Made by a program: the position numbers and the translations under genes
Assembly (NCBI GenBank): GCA_030390025.1
Contig: CM059432.1
Span: 38,504,001-38,568,000, forward strand
Source of the DNA: Squalus acanthias
Taxonomy: Eukaryota
Reading direction: 5' to 3'
Length of the DNA stretch: 64,000 nucleotides
The notes under the pieces: generated by a model
Seen by the model: the letters and a program-made list of their open reading frames with translations, nothing else
The model's database searches: none
What the model was told of the DNA's origin: nothing
Part shown: one piece after another, positions 12,378 through 25,309 of the stretch
Layout of the letters: each line of letters begins with the position of its first letter
How positions within the stretch are numbered: the stretch's first letter is position 1

Positions 12378-15300
12378 CTCTTCTACAGAACATTTTGGAG
12401 GGGGAGGGCGAACAGCCAGCTGTCGTGGTGCACATAGGTACCAACGATATAGGTAAAAAAGGGGATGAGGTCCTAAAAGCAGAATATAGGGAGGTAGGAG
12501 GTAAATTAAAAAATAGGACCTCAAAGGTAGTAATCTCAGGATTGCTACCAGTGCCACGTGCTAGTCAGAGTAGAAATAGGAGGATATTTCAAATGAATAC
12601 ATGGCTAGAGGAATGGTGCAAGGGGGAGGGATTCAAATTCCTGGGACATTGGAACCGGTTCTGGGGGAGGTGGGACCAGTACAAACCGAACTGTCTGCAC
12701 CTGGGCAGGGCCGGGACCGCTGTCCTAGGGGGAGTGTTTCCTAGTGCTGTTGGGGAGGATTTAAACTAATGTGGCAGGGGGTTGGGAACCTGAGCAGGGA
12801 GACAGAGGAAAGCATGTCAGGAAGGGACAGAAGGTATGGAGTAAAAGGTAAAGTGTTAAATAAGGAAAAAGCAGGAAGTAAGTGTCGCAAAACACATTTG
12901 AAAGTTCTTTATCTGAATGCACGTAGCATTCGTAACAAAATTGACGAGTTAATGGCACAAATAACTATGTATGGGTATGATCTTGTGGCCATTACAGAAA
13001 CATGGCTGCACGGTGACAACGTCTGGGAATTAAATATGCCAGGGTATTTAACAATCAGGAAGGACAGGCAGGAAGGAAGGGGAGGGGGGGTGGCTATGTT
13101 AATAAAGAAAGGAATCACTGTAATACAGAGAAATGATATTGGGTCAAAAGATCAGGATAATGAAACAGTTTGGGTAGAGATTAGGAATAATAAGGGGAAA
13201 AAAACACTGGTGGGTGTACTATATAGGCCTCCTAATAGTTGCAACTCTGTTGGAAGAAGTATTAATCAGGAAATAGTTGGGGCATGTAATAAGGGAACAG
13301 CTATAATTATGGGGGATTTTAACTATCATATTAACTGGACAAATCAAATTGGGCAGGGCAGCCTTGAGGAAGAGTTTATTGAGTGTCTTAGGGATGGATT
13401 TCTTGAGCAGTATGTAACTGATCCTACAAGGGGGCAAGCAACCTTGGACCTGGTACAGTGTAATGAGTCTGGATTAATTAATAATGTCCTAGTTAAGGAT
13501 CCCCTTGGAATGAGTGACCATAACATGGTTGAATTCCATATCCAATTAGAGGGTGAGAAGGTTGGTTCTCAAACAAGCATACTGAGCTTGAATAAAGGAG
13601 ACTATGATGGCATGAGAGCAGAATTGATTAAAGTGGACTGGGAAAATAGATTAAAGGGTAAGACGGTACATGAGCAGTGGTGTTCATTCAAGGAGTTATT
13701 TTACAACTTTCAAAATAAATATATTCCACTGAGGAAAAAAGGGTGTAAAAGAAATGACAGCCATCCATGGCTAAGTAAAGAAATTAAAGAAAGTATCCAA
13801 CTAAAAACAAGGACATATAAGGTAGCCAAAGTTAGTGGGAGGATAGAAGATTGGGAAGTCTTCAAAAGACAACAAAAAGTAACTAAAGGATTGATTAAGA
13901 AAGGGAAAATAGACTATGAAAATAAATTAGCAAAAAATATAAAAACAGATAGCAAGAGTTTCTATGGTTATATAAAAAGAAAAAGAGTGGTTAAGGCAAA
14001 CGTAGGTCCCTTAGAGGATGAGACCGGGAAATTAATGGTGGGAAACATGGAGATGGCAAAAATGCTGAACAAATATTTTGTTTCAGTCTTTACGGTAGAG
14101 GACACTAAGAATATCCCAACACTGGACAAACAGGGGGCTCTAGTGGGGGAGGAGCTAAATACGATTAAAATTACTAAGGAATTGGGACTCAGTAAAATAA
14201 TGGGACTCAAGGCGGATAAATCCCCTGGACCTGATGGTTTACATCCTAGGGTCTTGAGAGAAGTGGCAGTAGGAATTGTGGATGCTTTGGTAATAATTTT
14301 CCAAAACTCCCTGAACTCAGCAAAGGTCCCGGCAGATTGGAAAACTGCTAATGTAACACCCTTATTTACAAAGGGTTGTAGGCAGAAGGCTGGAAATTAT
14401 AGACCAGTTAGCCTAACATCTGTGGTGGGTAAAATTTTGGAATCTATTATTAAGGAGACAGTAACGGAACATTTAGATAAACATAATTTAATAGGACAAA
14501 GTCAGCATGGCTTTATGAAGGGGAAGTCATGTCTGACAAATTTGCTCGAGTTCTTTGAGGACATAACGTACAGGGTGGATAAAGGGGAACCAGTGGATGT
14601 AGTGTATTTAGACTTCCAGAAGGCATTCGACAAGGTGCCACATAAAAGATTATTACTCAAGATAAAAAATCACTGGATTGGGGGTAATATTCTGGCATGG
14701 GTGGAGGATTGGTTATCTAACAGGAAGCAGAGAGTTGGGATAAATGGTTCATTCTCGGACTGGCAACCAGTAGCCAGTGGTGTTCCGCAGGGGTCGGTGC
14801 TGGGTCCCCAACTCTTTACAATCTATATTAACGATTTGGAGGAGGGGACCGAGTGTAACATATCATAGTTTGCAGATGATACAAAGATGGGAGGGAAAGT
14901 AGAGCGTGAGGAGGACATAAAAAACCTACAAGGGGATATAGACAGGCTGGGTGAGTGGGCAGAGATTTGGCAGATGCAATACAATATTGGAAAATGTGAG
15001 GTTATGCACTTTGGCAGGAAAAATCAGAGAGCAAGTTATTATCTTAATGGCGAGAAACTGGAAAGTACTGCAGTTCAAAGGGATCTGGGGGTCTTGGTAC
15101 AAGAAAATCAAAAAGTTAGTATGCAGGTGCAGCAGGTGATCAAGAAAGCCAATGGAATGTTGGCTTTTATTGCTAGGGGGATAGAATATAAAAACAGGGA
15201 GATATTGCTGCAGTTGTATAGGGTATTGGTGAGACCGCACCTGGAGTACTGCAAACAGTTTTGGTGTCCATACTTAAGAAAAGACATACTTGCTCTCGAG

Positions 15301-15911
15301 GCAGTACAAAGAAGGTTCACTCGGTTAATTCCGGGGATGAGGGGGTGGACATACGAGGAGAGGTTGAGTAGATTGGGACTCTACTTATTGGAGTTCAGAA
15401 GAATGAGAGGCGATCATATTGAAACATATAAGATTGTGAAGGGGCTTGATCGGGTGGACGCGGTGAGGATGTTCCCAATGATGGGTGAAACTAGAACTAG
15501 GGGACATAATCTTAGAATAAGGGGCTCCTCTTTCAAAACTGAGATGAGGAGAAACTTTTTCACTCAGAGGGTAGTGGGTCTGTGGAATTTGCTACCCCAG
15601 GAAGCTGTGGAAGCTACTTCATTAAATAAATTTAAAACAGAAATAGACCGTTTCCTAGAAGTAAAGGGAATTAGGGGTTACGGGGAGCGGGCTGGAAATT
15701 GGACATGAGTTTGAGTTCGGATCGGTCAAGGCCCTGTGGGTGGCGGAGCGGGCCCAGGGGCCGAGTGGCCTGGTCCTGCTCCTGCTTCTTGTGTTCTTTA
15801 GAGTTGAGGTTGGATCAGATCAGCCATGATCTCATTGAATGGCGGAGCAGGCTCGAGGGGCCGATTGGTCTACTCCTGCTCCTATTTCTTATGTTCTTAT
15901 GTTCTTATGTT
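12378..15911 (+). mobile_element. Near-full-length CR1 LINE (partial ORF1 esterase + ORF2 APE-RT)
   Basis: ORF1 VVVHIGTND (SGNH/GDSL esterase-like). ORF2 has [21 protein letters not shown] and [10 protein letters not shown]; (TTATGTTC)n tail. Confidence 0.95.
12769..15708 (+). pseudogene. CR1 ORF2 (AP endonuclease + reverse transcriptase) with one nonsense codon
   Basis: ORFs 12769..14868 and 14887..15708 are in the same frame; TAG at 14866-14868 replaces the K of SKFADD. Confidence 0.92.
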
Positions 15912-16057
15912 CTCTGTACTGCCTCCGAGTGCTTGATTGTCTTTCTGTTTCTTGGAGATCAGAACTGAACACAGTACTCAAGGGGAGGTCTGCCCAGAGC
16001 GCTACACGGTTTGATCAGGACTTCCTCTGACTTGTATTCTACTGCATTGGCAATGTA

Positions 16058-16225
16058 CAACAGCAACTTGCATTTATATAGCACCTTTAACATTAAAAAA
16101 TATTCCCAGAGACGTAATCACAAAAGAAAATGGATGCCGAGCCAAAGAAGGAGGTATTCGGAGGGGTGACCGAAAGCTTGGTCAAAGAGGTGGGTTTTAA
16201 GGAGGGTCTCAAAAGAGGAGAAGCA
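16058..16225 (-). mobile_element. L2 3'-end fragment
   Basis: ACAACAGCAACTTGCATTTATATAGCACC tail and AAAGCTTGGTCAAAGAGG motif shared with other L2 copies. Confidence 0.7.
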
Positions 16226-16633
16226 GCTGCTGTGTATTATAAATCTCAATCGAAATGACCCAGAGTGCATTAAGAATGTAAAACAAGGAAACACGGAGCT
16301 GCTATGCCACTGTCCCTCATCTTGACATCGCGGGAAGGTTCAGAAAGCGTGAGGGAAATTGGTGAAAGGATTTTAATAGCAAATTCCGCCAGACTTTCTT
16401 GCCTGAACAAATTTTCTGCACCGTTTCTTCACCACTAATGTGCTGAAAACTGCGAGGACATTCACTCCCATGGAATAACCACCTGGGTGATGTGCGGGGG
16501 GTAACGGCACCTATGGAACAGTGCCTCAGAAAGGAGTCAAAACCTTCATGAAAGGAGGCAGGGACAAAATTGGTGGGAAAAAAAGAAGAAGAAAGAAAAA
16601 ATTGTCTGCTTTCCTTCACCTTGGAGAATGTTA

Positions 16634-17517
16634 GGGGGAGAAATTCAGTATCGCCCATTTGGGGCGCAATTATGGGCCGGTCGCAAAGATTAGCGCCTGG
16701 CACTAATTATCGCCACTGACTGCAAACTTGACTTTTATCGCCCCTGGAGGTGATTGGAGCGCTAAATCAGGCGCTTCACACCTGTCTTAAGGCGCAAAGG
16801 CCGAGGAGCGAGGCGCTACCTCAGAGCGCTGGCGAAGCTCATGTAATGTCAGTCAGCAATGGAACACACACACAATGGCACGGGCCAGTTCTTAAAGGGG
16901 ATGGTTAATCTCACTTTCCATCCACATCCTGCTAATTGCAGCCTTGAATCTCGGCCTGGAGAGACCTGCACATCAAATCTGCTGGAAAGAACAATGGAGA
17001 GTACCAGGCAAAGAGCTCAGAGTGCAGCCCCCACAGTCTCTTCTAAATCGATACAAGGAATGGCAAATCAAAATGAACCTGCAAAGTGCTGCTCAGTACC
17101 CAAAACTCCTTCACACAACGTTGAAACTCCCCAGAAGTCTCTCTCTCTCTCTCTCAGAATGCGTAGTTCAAAAATGGCACCAACAATAAAAGGCAGGAAG
17201 CGGTCACCTTTAAATAGCGCTCCCCCTTTCCCTTCATGACTGCAGAACACTCCACTCAAACTGTCGTTGCTAGCGTAAGGCAGGGGGCGCCACTCAATAT
17301 CTGCTCCGGGGCGATACCGGGGCGTTGCGCACTCGAGTGACGTCACGATCTGCCGGCGCAGGAGATCGTGGCGGTAGTGCTTAGCGCCGCCGCAAAATGT
17401 CTAGTTAATTTCGCGAGCGACGCAAACTTCGCCGCGCCTGGGCGCTAGATGCTTTGCGCCCCATTAGCGCCCTCTTAAGGCGCTAACGGGAGGCGCAACC
17501 AACTGAATTTTTCCCCC
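16634..17517 (+). mobile_element. Harbinger-type MITE, ~890-bp family (copy 1)
   Basis: TIR GGGGGAGAAATTCAG / CTGAATTTTTCCCCC, TTA TSD; similar to copies at 53971, 55319 and 63423. Confidence 0.9.
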
Positions 17518-18324
17518 TTAGAATCCACACTAAAGCTGTTGAAACTTGCAGCAAACGGAATGGAATGTTTTGGCAAAAGATAATTCCGAATGAAATCAGT
17601 CCACAGAATAACACTGACAGTCTCACAAAGGTCAGGCGTCCTCCAGATGTACACAATATTTCCAGCAATCGGTCATAAGAATGGTACAAAAGGTTATCAG
17701 CCAGCCACAGAGGTCTGAAGTGAAGCATGAAATGGTAATGCGTGTTCAAGCACTGCCTGTGTAGTGTAATGGAAAATCCTACACACCAGTGGCAATCCAT
17801 TAACTGAAAAACTCGAATAAATACGTTAGCAAATTTTATCTGTTTACTAATAGCAACAACAAACTAGTCACTTAACTTAATACAACAATTTACTGCACGC
17901 AGAGATTATAATTCTGAGAGCTTGACTTGGTTTTAGATATCAAAATAGTTCTATTCTTGTTTCCTTTTACTCTAATATTCTCCTCTCCATTCTCTTTGTG
18001 AAAAGCCTGGCTCAGCCTGGGATAATAATGGGAATTCTGCAATCCAGTACTAACCCAGATGGTCATACTTCCGTCATGGTAGCCAAGAACCTTGTCCGTC
18101 ACCAAAGCATGTATCAGAAAATTTAAGATTGGGAGGAGGGCAATAGAGAAGTGGTTGCTGGAAAATACCTGGCAAGGCCCGAAAATACATGGAGGAGAGG
18201 CAGAGACCTGGTGCAGCGTGCAGGATATAAAACCTGCTGCTGCTTAAAAGGGGAAATGGCAGCACTGGAGGATCCAGGCAACCTGGTTGGCAAGGATGGC
18301 AGTCAGATCGAAGAAATGAGTGGC

Positions 18325-18535
18325 ATCATGGAGCGAGAGTTGCGTGTCCTCGTAATGGAGATACGGAGCAGGATGGATGGTCTATTTGAGGTCAGGGGCC
18401 GGAGACTCACCAAGGAGGTGGTACGTACTTTGTGGAGTGAGGTGGCTGTGCGGTGAATGTCACCTCCTTAATCCGCAGGTCTCCTTTGCATTGACCGAAG
18501 AAGTAGAAACATTTCACCAGAGTAGCCAAGGTAAG
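18325..18535 (+). pseudogene. Degraded Harbinger Myb/SANT exon 1 remnant
   Basis: ELRVLVMEIRSRMDGLF..LWSEVAVR, then after a frameshift VNVTSLIRRS..KK*KHFTRVAK followed by a GTAAGC donor, the same position as in the other two Myb genes. Confidence 0.55.
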
Positions 18536-18679
18536 CTGCCTGCTCTCCCGGCTCTTCCTTGCAGTCTATTTCTACTGTGGTCTTCATTCATTACCCTCAC
18601 AGTGCCAATGGAGTCAATGGTGAAAGTGCGATCTGACGGTGGGGAACAGAGGCTTTGCAGAAGTCAACCCCTAAAGAAA

Positions 18680-19120
18680 AAAAGAAAGACTTGGATTTAT
18701 AAAGCACCTTTTACAACCTCAGCAAGTCCCAAAGCGTTTTATAGCCAATGAAGTACCGTTAAAGAGTAGTCACTGTTGTAATGTAGGAAATGTAGCAGCT
18801 AATTAGGGCACAGCAAGGTCTCACGAATAGCAATGTGATAATAACCAGATAATCTGTTTTTGTGGTGTTGGTTGAGGGATAAATATTGGCCAGGACACCT
18901 GCTCTACTTCAAAATAGTGCCATTAAATCTTTTACATCCACCTGAGAGGGCAGGCGAGACCTCGGTTTAACATCTCATTCGAAAGACAGCACCTGCAGCA
19001 GTGCAGTACTCAACAAGTGTGTCAGTCTAAATTTTGTGCTCAGGTCTCTGGAGTGGGGCTTGAACCCACAACATTCTGACTCAGAGGCAAGAATGCTGCC
19101 ATTCAGCCACAGCTGACACA
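18680..19120 (-). mobile_element. tRNA-derived SINE, DeuSINE/SacSINE1-like
   Basis: Reverse complement of the copy at 44398-44870, with a tRNA-like head (TGGCTGAATGG..GGTTCAAGCCCC) and an L2-like tail. Confidence 0.75.
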
Positions 19121-19949
19121 GCTGAGCCCCTGGCTCCTGAGCCTGCAGCCTCTTATCACTTGCTCTAAAAAGGATGATATTGAATGAGCATCACACTTAT
19201 ATGGAGGAACTGAGGACCATCTCAGAGGACTTGAGACAGATGGCAGGGGTCACAGTGCGGTCCAGTACCATCCTCAGTGCTAACATTCGCAAATGATTCA
19301 ACACAATGCAGCACTACTTAGAGTAAGTGGCAACATCAGGAAAATCTATATCTATCTTCCCTGATAGGGAGGCCTGCAGACCAGTCAGTGCTTCCAAATT
19401 TGATGCTTCTACCACTGGCCTTTGGGGATTCTTTGGAAAGAATGATTGAAAGTGGCTTGCAAGAAATGTGGGGTGATATCTCTCAGAGTCTGCAGGATCT
19501 AACTGATACCATCAGGACTGGCCTCCTGCTAATCAAGGATCCAGGACCCGACATAAGTGGCGTGGCTAGAATCTGCCTTCATGATGTTGTCCTCTCCTCT
19601 GATGACAGCTCATGTGACCTTTCTACCCCGCTCCCTCAGATGGTGGCTCATGTAGGTGTCGGGATACAGAACCAGGCTGCACTCAGCTGCCGTTTACCTT
19701 ATTGTCCTATCACGTGCATACATCCACCACTCAGCAGGTAGGTTCAATTATACCTGAATTTGGTGTGTATTTTAGAATCGGTCCAATTCTGGCATATTTG
19801 AATTGGAACCAAAATTCTGGTCCTCCCTATGCCAAAACTATACCACGTTTGTACCAAAACATCTCTTTAATCTTCTGCTTCCAATGGAGAAAATGGGCCT
19901 CCTAGGAAAGGTGGTTAATTTCTTTAGCAAAAGTTTGGGACATTCTTGA

Positions 19950-20710
19950 GGAACATAGGAACAGGAGTATGCCAGTCAACCCCTCGAGCCTGTTCCGCCA
20001 TTCAATGAGATCATGGCTGATCTGCGACCTAACTCCATATACCCGCCTTTGGCCCCTGTCCCTTAATACCTTTGGTTAACAAAAATCTATCAATCTCAGA
20101 TTTAAAATTAACAATTGATCCAGCATCAATTGCAATTTGCGGAAGAAAGTTCCAAACTTCTACCACCCTTTGTGTGTAGAAGTGTTTCCTAATTTCACTC
20201 CTGAAAGGTCTGGCTCTAATTTTTAGACTATGCCCCCAGTCCTAGAATCCCCAACCAGCAGAAATAGTTTCTCTCTATCTACCCTATCTGTTCCCCTTAA
20301 TATCCTGAAAACTTTGATCAGATCACCCCTTAACCTTCTAAATTCTAGGGAATACAACCCTAATTTGTGTAATCTCTCCTCGCAACTTAACCCTTGAAGT
20401 TCGGGTATCATTCTGGTAAACCTACGCTATACTCCCTCCAAGACCAATATATCCTTCCTAAGATGTGGTGCCCAGAACTGCTCACAGTACTCCAGGTGTG
20501 GTCTAACCAGGGTTTTGTACAGCTGCAGCATAACTTCTACCCCCTTGTACTCTAGTCCTCTACATATAAAGGCCAGCATTCCATTAGCCATTTTGATTAT
20601 TTTCTGTACCTGTCATGACATTTTAATGATCTATGTACCTGAACCCCCAAGTCTCTTTGGACATCCACTGTTTTTAGCTTTTCACCATTTAGAAAGTAAC
20701 CTGTTCTATC
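19950..20710 (-). mobile_element. CR1 LINE 3' part
   Basis: LGLYSLEFRRLRGDLI (20223..20411); CR1 3'UTR hairpin and tail at ~19950-20020. Confidence 0.85.
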
Positions 20711-21409
20711 CTTTAAGGATGACAGTGGAAGTCATGCCAACTCTCAGCCCTTGTCCACCCCCTTACTGGAATTTAGATAGGCACTGTAAACAGGGCAGAA
20801 CCCCAGCAGAACCAGGTTCTGCCCCTAATTCCTGCCCCCAACCCAAGCAGAAATCTTTTTCCCAGCTTTTCCTGAACCCAGGAACTTTGGGGACAAAATA
20901 TCTTCCAAAAAAAAAGAAAAATTCCATTACTTGACTTCATGTACTGTATGTTGACACTTAAGATTAGTGAATTCTTTATTGACTACTGACTACATCAACA
21001 CCTTCAGCAATAATTCATTTCTTCTCCATTTGCTTCAGGAAGATAACCTGTCTAAATTAATGATGCAGAACATCAATCAAAATGAAAATTTGCTCATGTT
21101 GAGATAATTAAAATCAACAGAAAATCTTATTGAAATACAATTGTAAATATTTAATTTGTACAGCCATCACTTCAAATGGGTTTTACGCTCTAATAACATT
21201 GCAGCCCTTCCAGTAATTTGACCTCACTACAATGTTCCAAACTACCTGTTGAGATACAAGTAGAACCAAACATTGACAAAATGGTCACTGGGCTCACATT
21301 TGTTCAAACTAAGTCTAGTTACCAGCCAGTAGCTCCTGTTCAGAGAGCACAATATTACAAGATAAATATGGAAGAGGAAGGCATTCAGCCCATTATAATT
21401 ATTCAGCTA

Positions 21410-22690
21410 GAGAGATGCTAACATCCATCCATCCAATTAAATGAATCCAGGGTTTTTGCCTTCACTGGGCGTCTATACACACCGTGTTCAACGTGTGGAA
21501 AAGAAGAATTTCCTCATATTGGTCCTAAAATTGCCTTTCAAAAGTTTGAACCTGTGTGCCCTAGTTCTATTCCTGCATGTTTAATTTAAAGTAATATTCC
21601 AGTTTACTTTTTTTCAAGCCCTTAACATTCTTATATATCTCCATTCTAGGCTGAAATCTCTTGGAATTTCCTGGTAGCTGCTCCTGCTCTGGCACTGGAA
21701 CTTGACCAGAAGTGTGGCGGAAATCACGTTTAGGTGCATAAAAGGGGCTCCTGCCACAGCTCTGGTGAAGTTATGGAACAGCTCCCAGGAAATTCCGGGC
21801 CCATATCTCTCCTTGTAACTTCAACCCCTGACACTAGCAATCAACCTCATGACTCTTCTCTGCAATGCCTCACTTGTTCTTTGGTGATCAGAACTGGATG
21901 CAATATCTACGGTGTGCTCCGATCAGAGCACAATAAAGATTGATCACTGCCTCCTCTGACTATATTCTATTGTTTTGGCAATGTAGTGCAAAATCCTATT
22001 GGCTTTATTTATTGTTGCTTTGCATTGGTTGGACATGTTTTCCTTCCTATGTGTCGCACTTTACACTTGCCTGCATTTAATTTCAGCTACCCCCTTATAT
22101 ATCTTGTCCAAAACATTCTGTCTCTTCCAATTCCACTCCTCGTCCTAGTTCAAATCATATGCAAATGGACTATTTTCCATTGAGATTCTGAATCCAGTAT
22201 CCAAGTCATTTACGTAAATCAGAAACAGTATGATCCCAGCACTGATGCCTGAGGCACCTCACTCAGTACTTTCTCCCACTCTGACATAACTCCTCTTGTT
22301 ATATCCTACCCTTCAGACAGATTATTATCCATTCCCAGGGTTTACCCTGAATCGCCACAGCTTTTAGTTTAATTAATAGCCTTCAATGCGGAACTTTATC
22401 AAAAGCCTTTTGGAAGTCAAGGTGCCTCATATCATAGGGTTTTCCGTGATCCACTTGGGTTATCACTTCCTCAAAAAAGTCGAGGAGATTGATCTTCCCT
22501 TTCTGAGTCCATGCTAACTGCTGCTAACTAGGTTACTGTTGGACGAATGATCTTCAAATTTACTCCTGATAATCAATTCTATTATTCACATGAACTGGGA
22601 GTAAGACTAATAGGTCTTTAGCTGTCTCTGACTATTTTGTCATCCTTTTTGACTATGGCCATGCGCTAGCCCATCTCCAGTCTACTGGTA
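21410..22690 (-). mobile_element. Old degraded CR1 (RT region) with a small MITE remnant at ~21655-21802
   Basis: Eroded [10 protein letters not shown] (~22390-22420) and QFW motifs on -; inverted pair GGAATTTCCTGG / CCAGGAAATTCC. Confidence 0.6.
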
Positions 22691-23510
22691 CAACAACAAC
22701 TTGTATTTATATAGCGCCTTTAAGAGGGGTATTTTAAGACAAAAAAATTGACACCGATCCACATAAGGATAAATTAGGGCAGGTGACCAAAAGCTTGGTC
22801 AAAGAGGTAGGTTTTAAGGAGCGTCTTAAAGGAGGAAACAGAGGTAGCGAGGCGGACAGGTTTAGGCAGGGAATTCCAGAGCTTAGGGCCAAGGCAACAG
22901 AAGGCACGGCCACCAAAGGTTGATCGATTATAATCAGGGATGCTCAAGAGGGCAGAATTTAGAGGAGTGCAGATATCTTGGGGGGTTGTGGGGCTGAAGG
23001 AGATTACAGAGATAGGAAGGGCGAGGCCATGGAGGGATTTGAAAACAAGGATGAGAATTTTGAAATCAAGGCGCTGCCTAACCGGGAGCCAATGTAGGTC
23101 AGCGAGCACAGGGGTGATGGGCGAACGGGACTTGGTGCGAGTTAGGACATGGGCAGCCAAGTTTTGGATGACCTCAAGTTTACGTAGGGTGGAATGTGGG
23201 AGGCCAGCCAGGAGTGCATTGGAATAGTCAAGTCTAGAGGTAACAAAAGGCATGGATGAGGGTTTCAGCAGCAGATGAGCTGAGGCAGGATGGAGATGGA
23301 CAATGTTACGGAGGTGGAAGTAGGCGGTCTTTGTTATGCTGCGGATATGTGGTCGGAAGCTCATTTCAGGGTCAAATATGGCACCAAGGTTGCGAACAGT
23401 GTTGTTCAGCCTCAGACAAATGTTAGGGAGAGGGATGGAGTCAGTGGCTAGGGAACAGAGTTTGTGGCGGGGACCGAAAACAATGGCTTCAGTTTTTCCA
23501 ATATTTAATT
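22690..23510 (-). mobile_element. L2 LINE 3' part
   Basis: ORF 22774..23364 SRLDYSNALLAGLP..ITPVLADLHWLPV..KLWNSLP..LKTYLF; L2 tail at ~22690-22720. Confidence 0.9.
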
Positions 23511-23900
23511 AGAGCTCCTAGTCGCCATTGATTTCATGAGTTCAAATTCCAGCTTCAACTTACCTTCCAATTGAGTTACTTCTCACCGATGGTCCGTTCT
23601 TAGGCAGATCACTGGACTGAGCATGTCTTGGTAGTAGAGAGCCCCATCTCAGATAAGAAAAACTGAAGAAAAGCACCTCCTCTTGCTAATTATCAAGTAA
23701 TTGACTTCAATGGTAAAGAAAATCACGAGTGATGTAAAACGGGCTGCTAATTCGCTATTACCCATTTTACAATATCGCACAAAGTCAAAATCTACCCCCA
23801 TGAGCACTTATCGGGAATTCATACACATCCGCCACTGGCAGTACTAAAAATGAAAATTAGTTCGATAAAATAACAATTTTTCCAAGGGAACTGAGACAGA

Positions 23901-24600
23901 GGGCTGGATTTTCATTGACCCGTGGAGGTGGGTTTGGAGGCGTGTGGGGGGTTAAAATTGCGAAAACTGGTGGGCGGGCACAAGCCCGCCTCCATCCCGC
24001 CTCCACGCAATTTTCATTAAATCGTGTCTGCTGGTCCCGACTCCGTCCCGCCTCTAAGAGGCGGGATAGGCTGTTAAAGCCCTTAACAAGAACTAAATTG
24101 CCTCTATAATGCCATTTTGAAAGGCCTTTGTGATGTTAACCCTTTTTCTACGTGAAGCACGCCTGTTCTGATCCACGAATGTGAAACCTGGCGGGAGCAT
24201 ATTTGGCTGGCTGGCTGGCTGGCTGGCTGGATGGATGGATGGATGGATGGATGGATGACATATCTGGGAGTGGTGGTGGATGGGAGACATATCTAGGAGT
24301 GGTGGTGCAAAAATATCTGGGAGCAGACTTAGGGCTGCTGCTGCTCATTTTGCATCCAGGTCCTCTCACAGCAAAGGCCAGGCCGTCGTTGCAGACCTTC
24401 AATGCAGCAGCAATGATGACATCATCAGAGGCGACTTTCAGACTGAAAACATTATTGGGTCATGGGTTCCCACATGCTGGAACTCAATTGCCCAATTAGG
24501 TGAAAATCGCATCAATCTCCCACATCCAATTGCAGTCGGGTGGATAACACGAAATGCGGATGACACGACCCCAACCCGCCCCAGTATCAAAATCCAGCCC
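23901..24600. mobile_element. Harbinger-type MITE (700 bp) with an internal (GGCT)n(GGAT)n microsatellite
   Basis: TIR GGGCTGGATTTT / AAAATCCAGCCC, AGA TSD (23898-23900, 24601-24603). Confidence 0.85.
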
Positions 24601-25309
24601 AGATTGTTAATACTCAATGTACTCCAGTGTGATATGTGGATAAGAACATCCTGTCAGTGCGAAAGACTCCCTGAACGCAAGCACAATAGCCTTTCAGGTT
24701 TTTTTGTACTAGCTAATATACGTTGCTCTCTTCAATATTTGTCACTGTATAAGCAATGGGCATTGACATTTTCAACTGAATAAACCTATTCATTCTATTC
24801 AGAACACCTTATCCCTTCAGGGGAGGTTAGAATGAACACAGAGGTAAAAAGACAACAATTATGGTGTCATGACGAGTCAGGTGTCCCACTATTCACAATG
24901 CCATAATTATCCTTGACCTGTAAGGTCATTCTGACTTCCTCTTGCAGGGTCTTTAATGCGGAGAGTAGTTCCACACAAATGCCTCCAGGACAACGTTAAC
25001 CAGCACAAATCATGATCTTATAAGTACTGCATATTACTAAAACGATCATCACTCAATAGACAAGTAGTTTTAAATGTTTTCTTCCACAATTATTTTATAT
25101 GCAAAAGCAAAATTTATCTGCTAGCAGCCAAGTTCATCACTAGAAGCTTCTCAGCAAAGATGATGGCGCCAATAATATAATAATCGGTGCTATGCATCAG
25201 GCGCCATTCTCTGTAGTATTGGACACTGAGGTCTCCTGTGCACCCGATGAACCTCATTGAACCAGGGTTAGTCATCTGGCTTGATGGTGAGTGTAGATCC
25301 ACCAGAGTG

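Noticed and set aside
12769..15708. RTs as retron, group II intron or DGR systems
   Set aside because: The APE domain, esterase ORF1 and CR1 3' tails identify eukaryotic non-LTR retrotransposons.
16859..17239. Recurrent ORF MEHTHNGTGQFLKG.. (also 54197, 55452)
   Set aside because: It recurs only because the MITE is repeated. Its length varies between copies, the ATG is absent in copy 4, and I see no domain.
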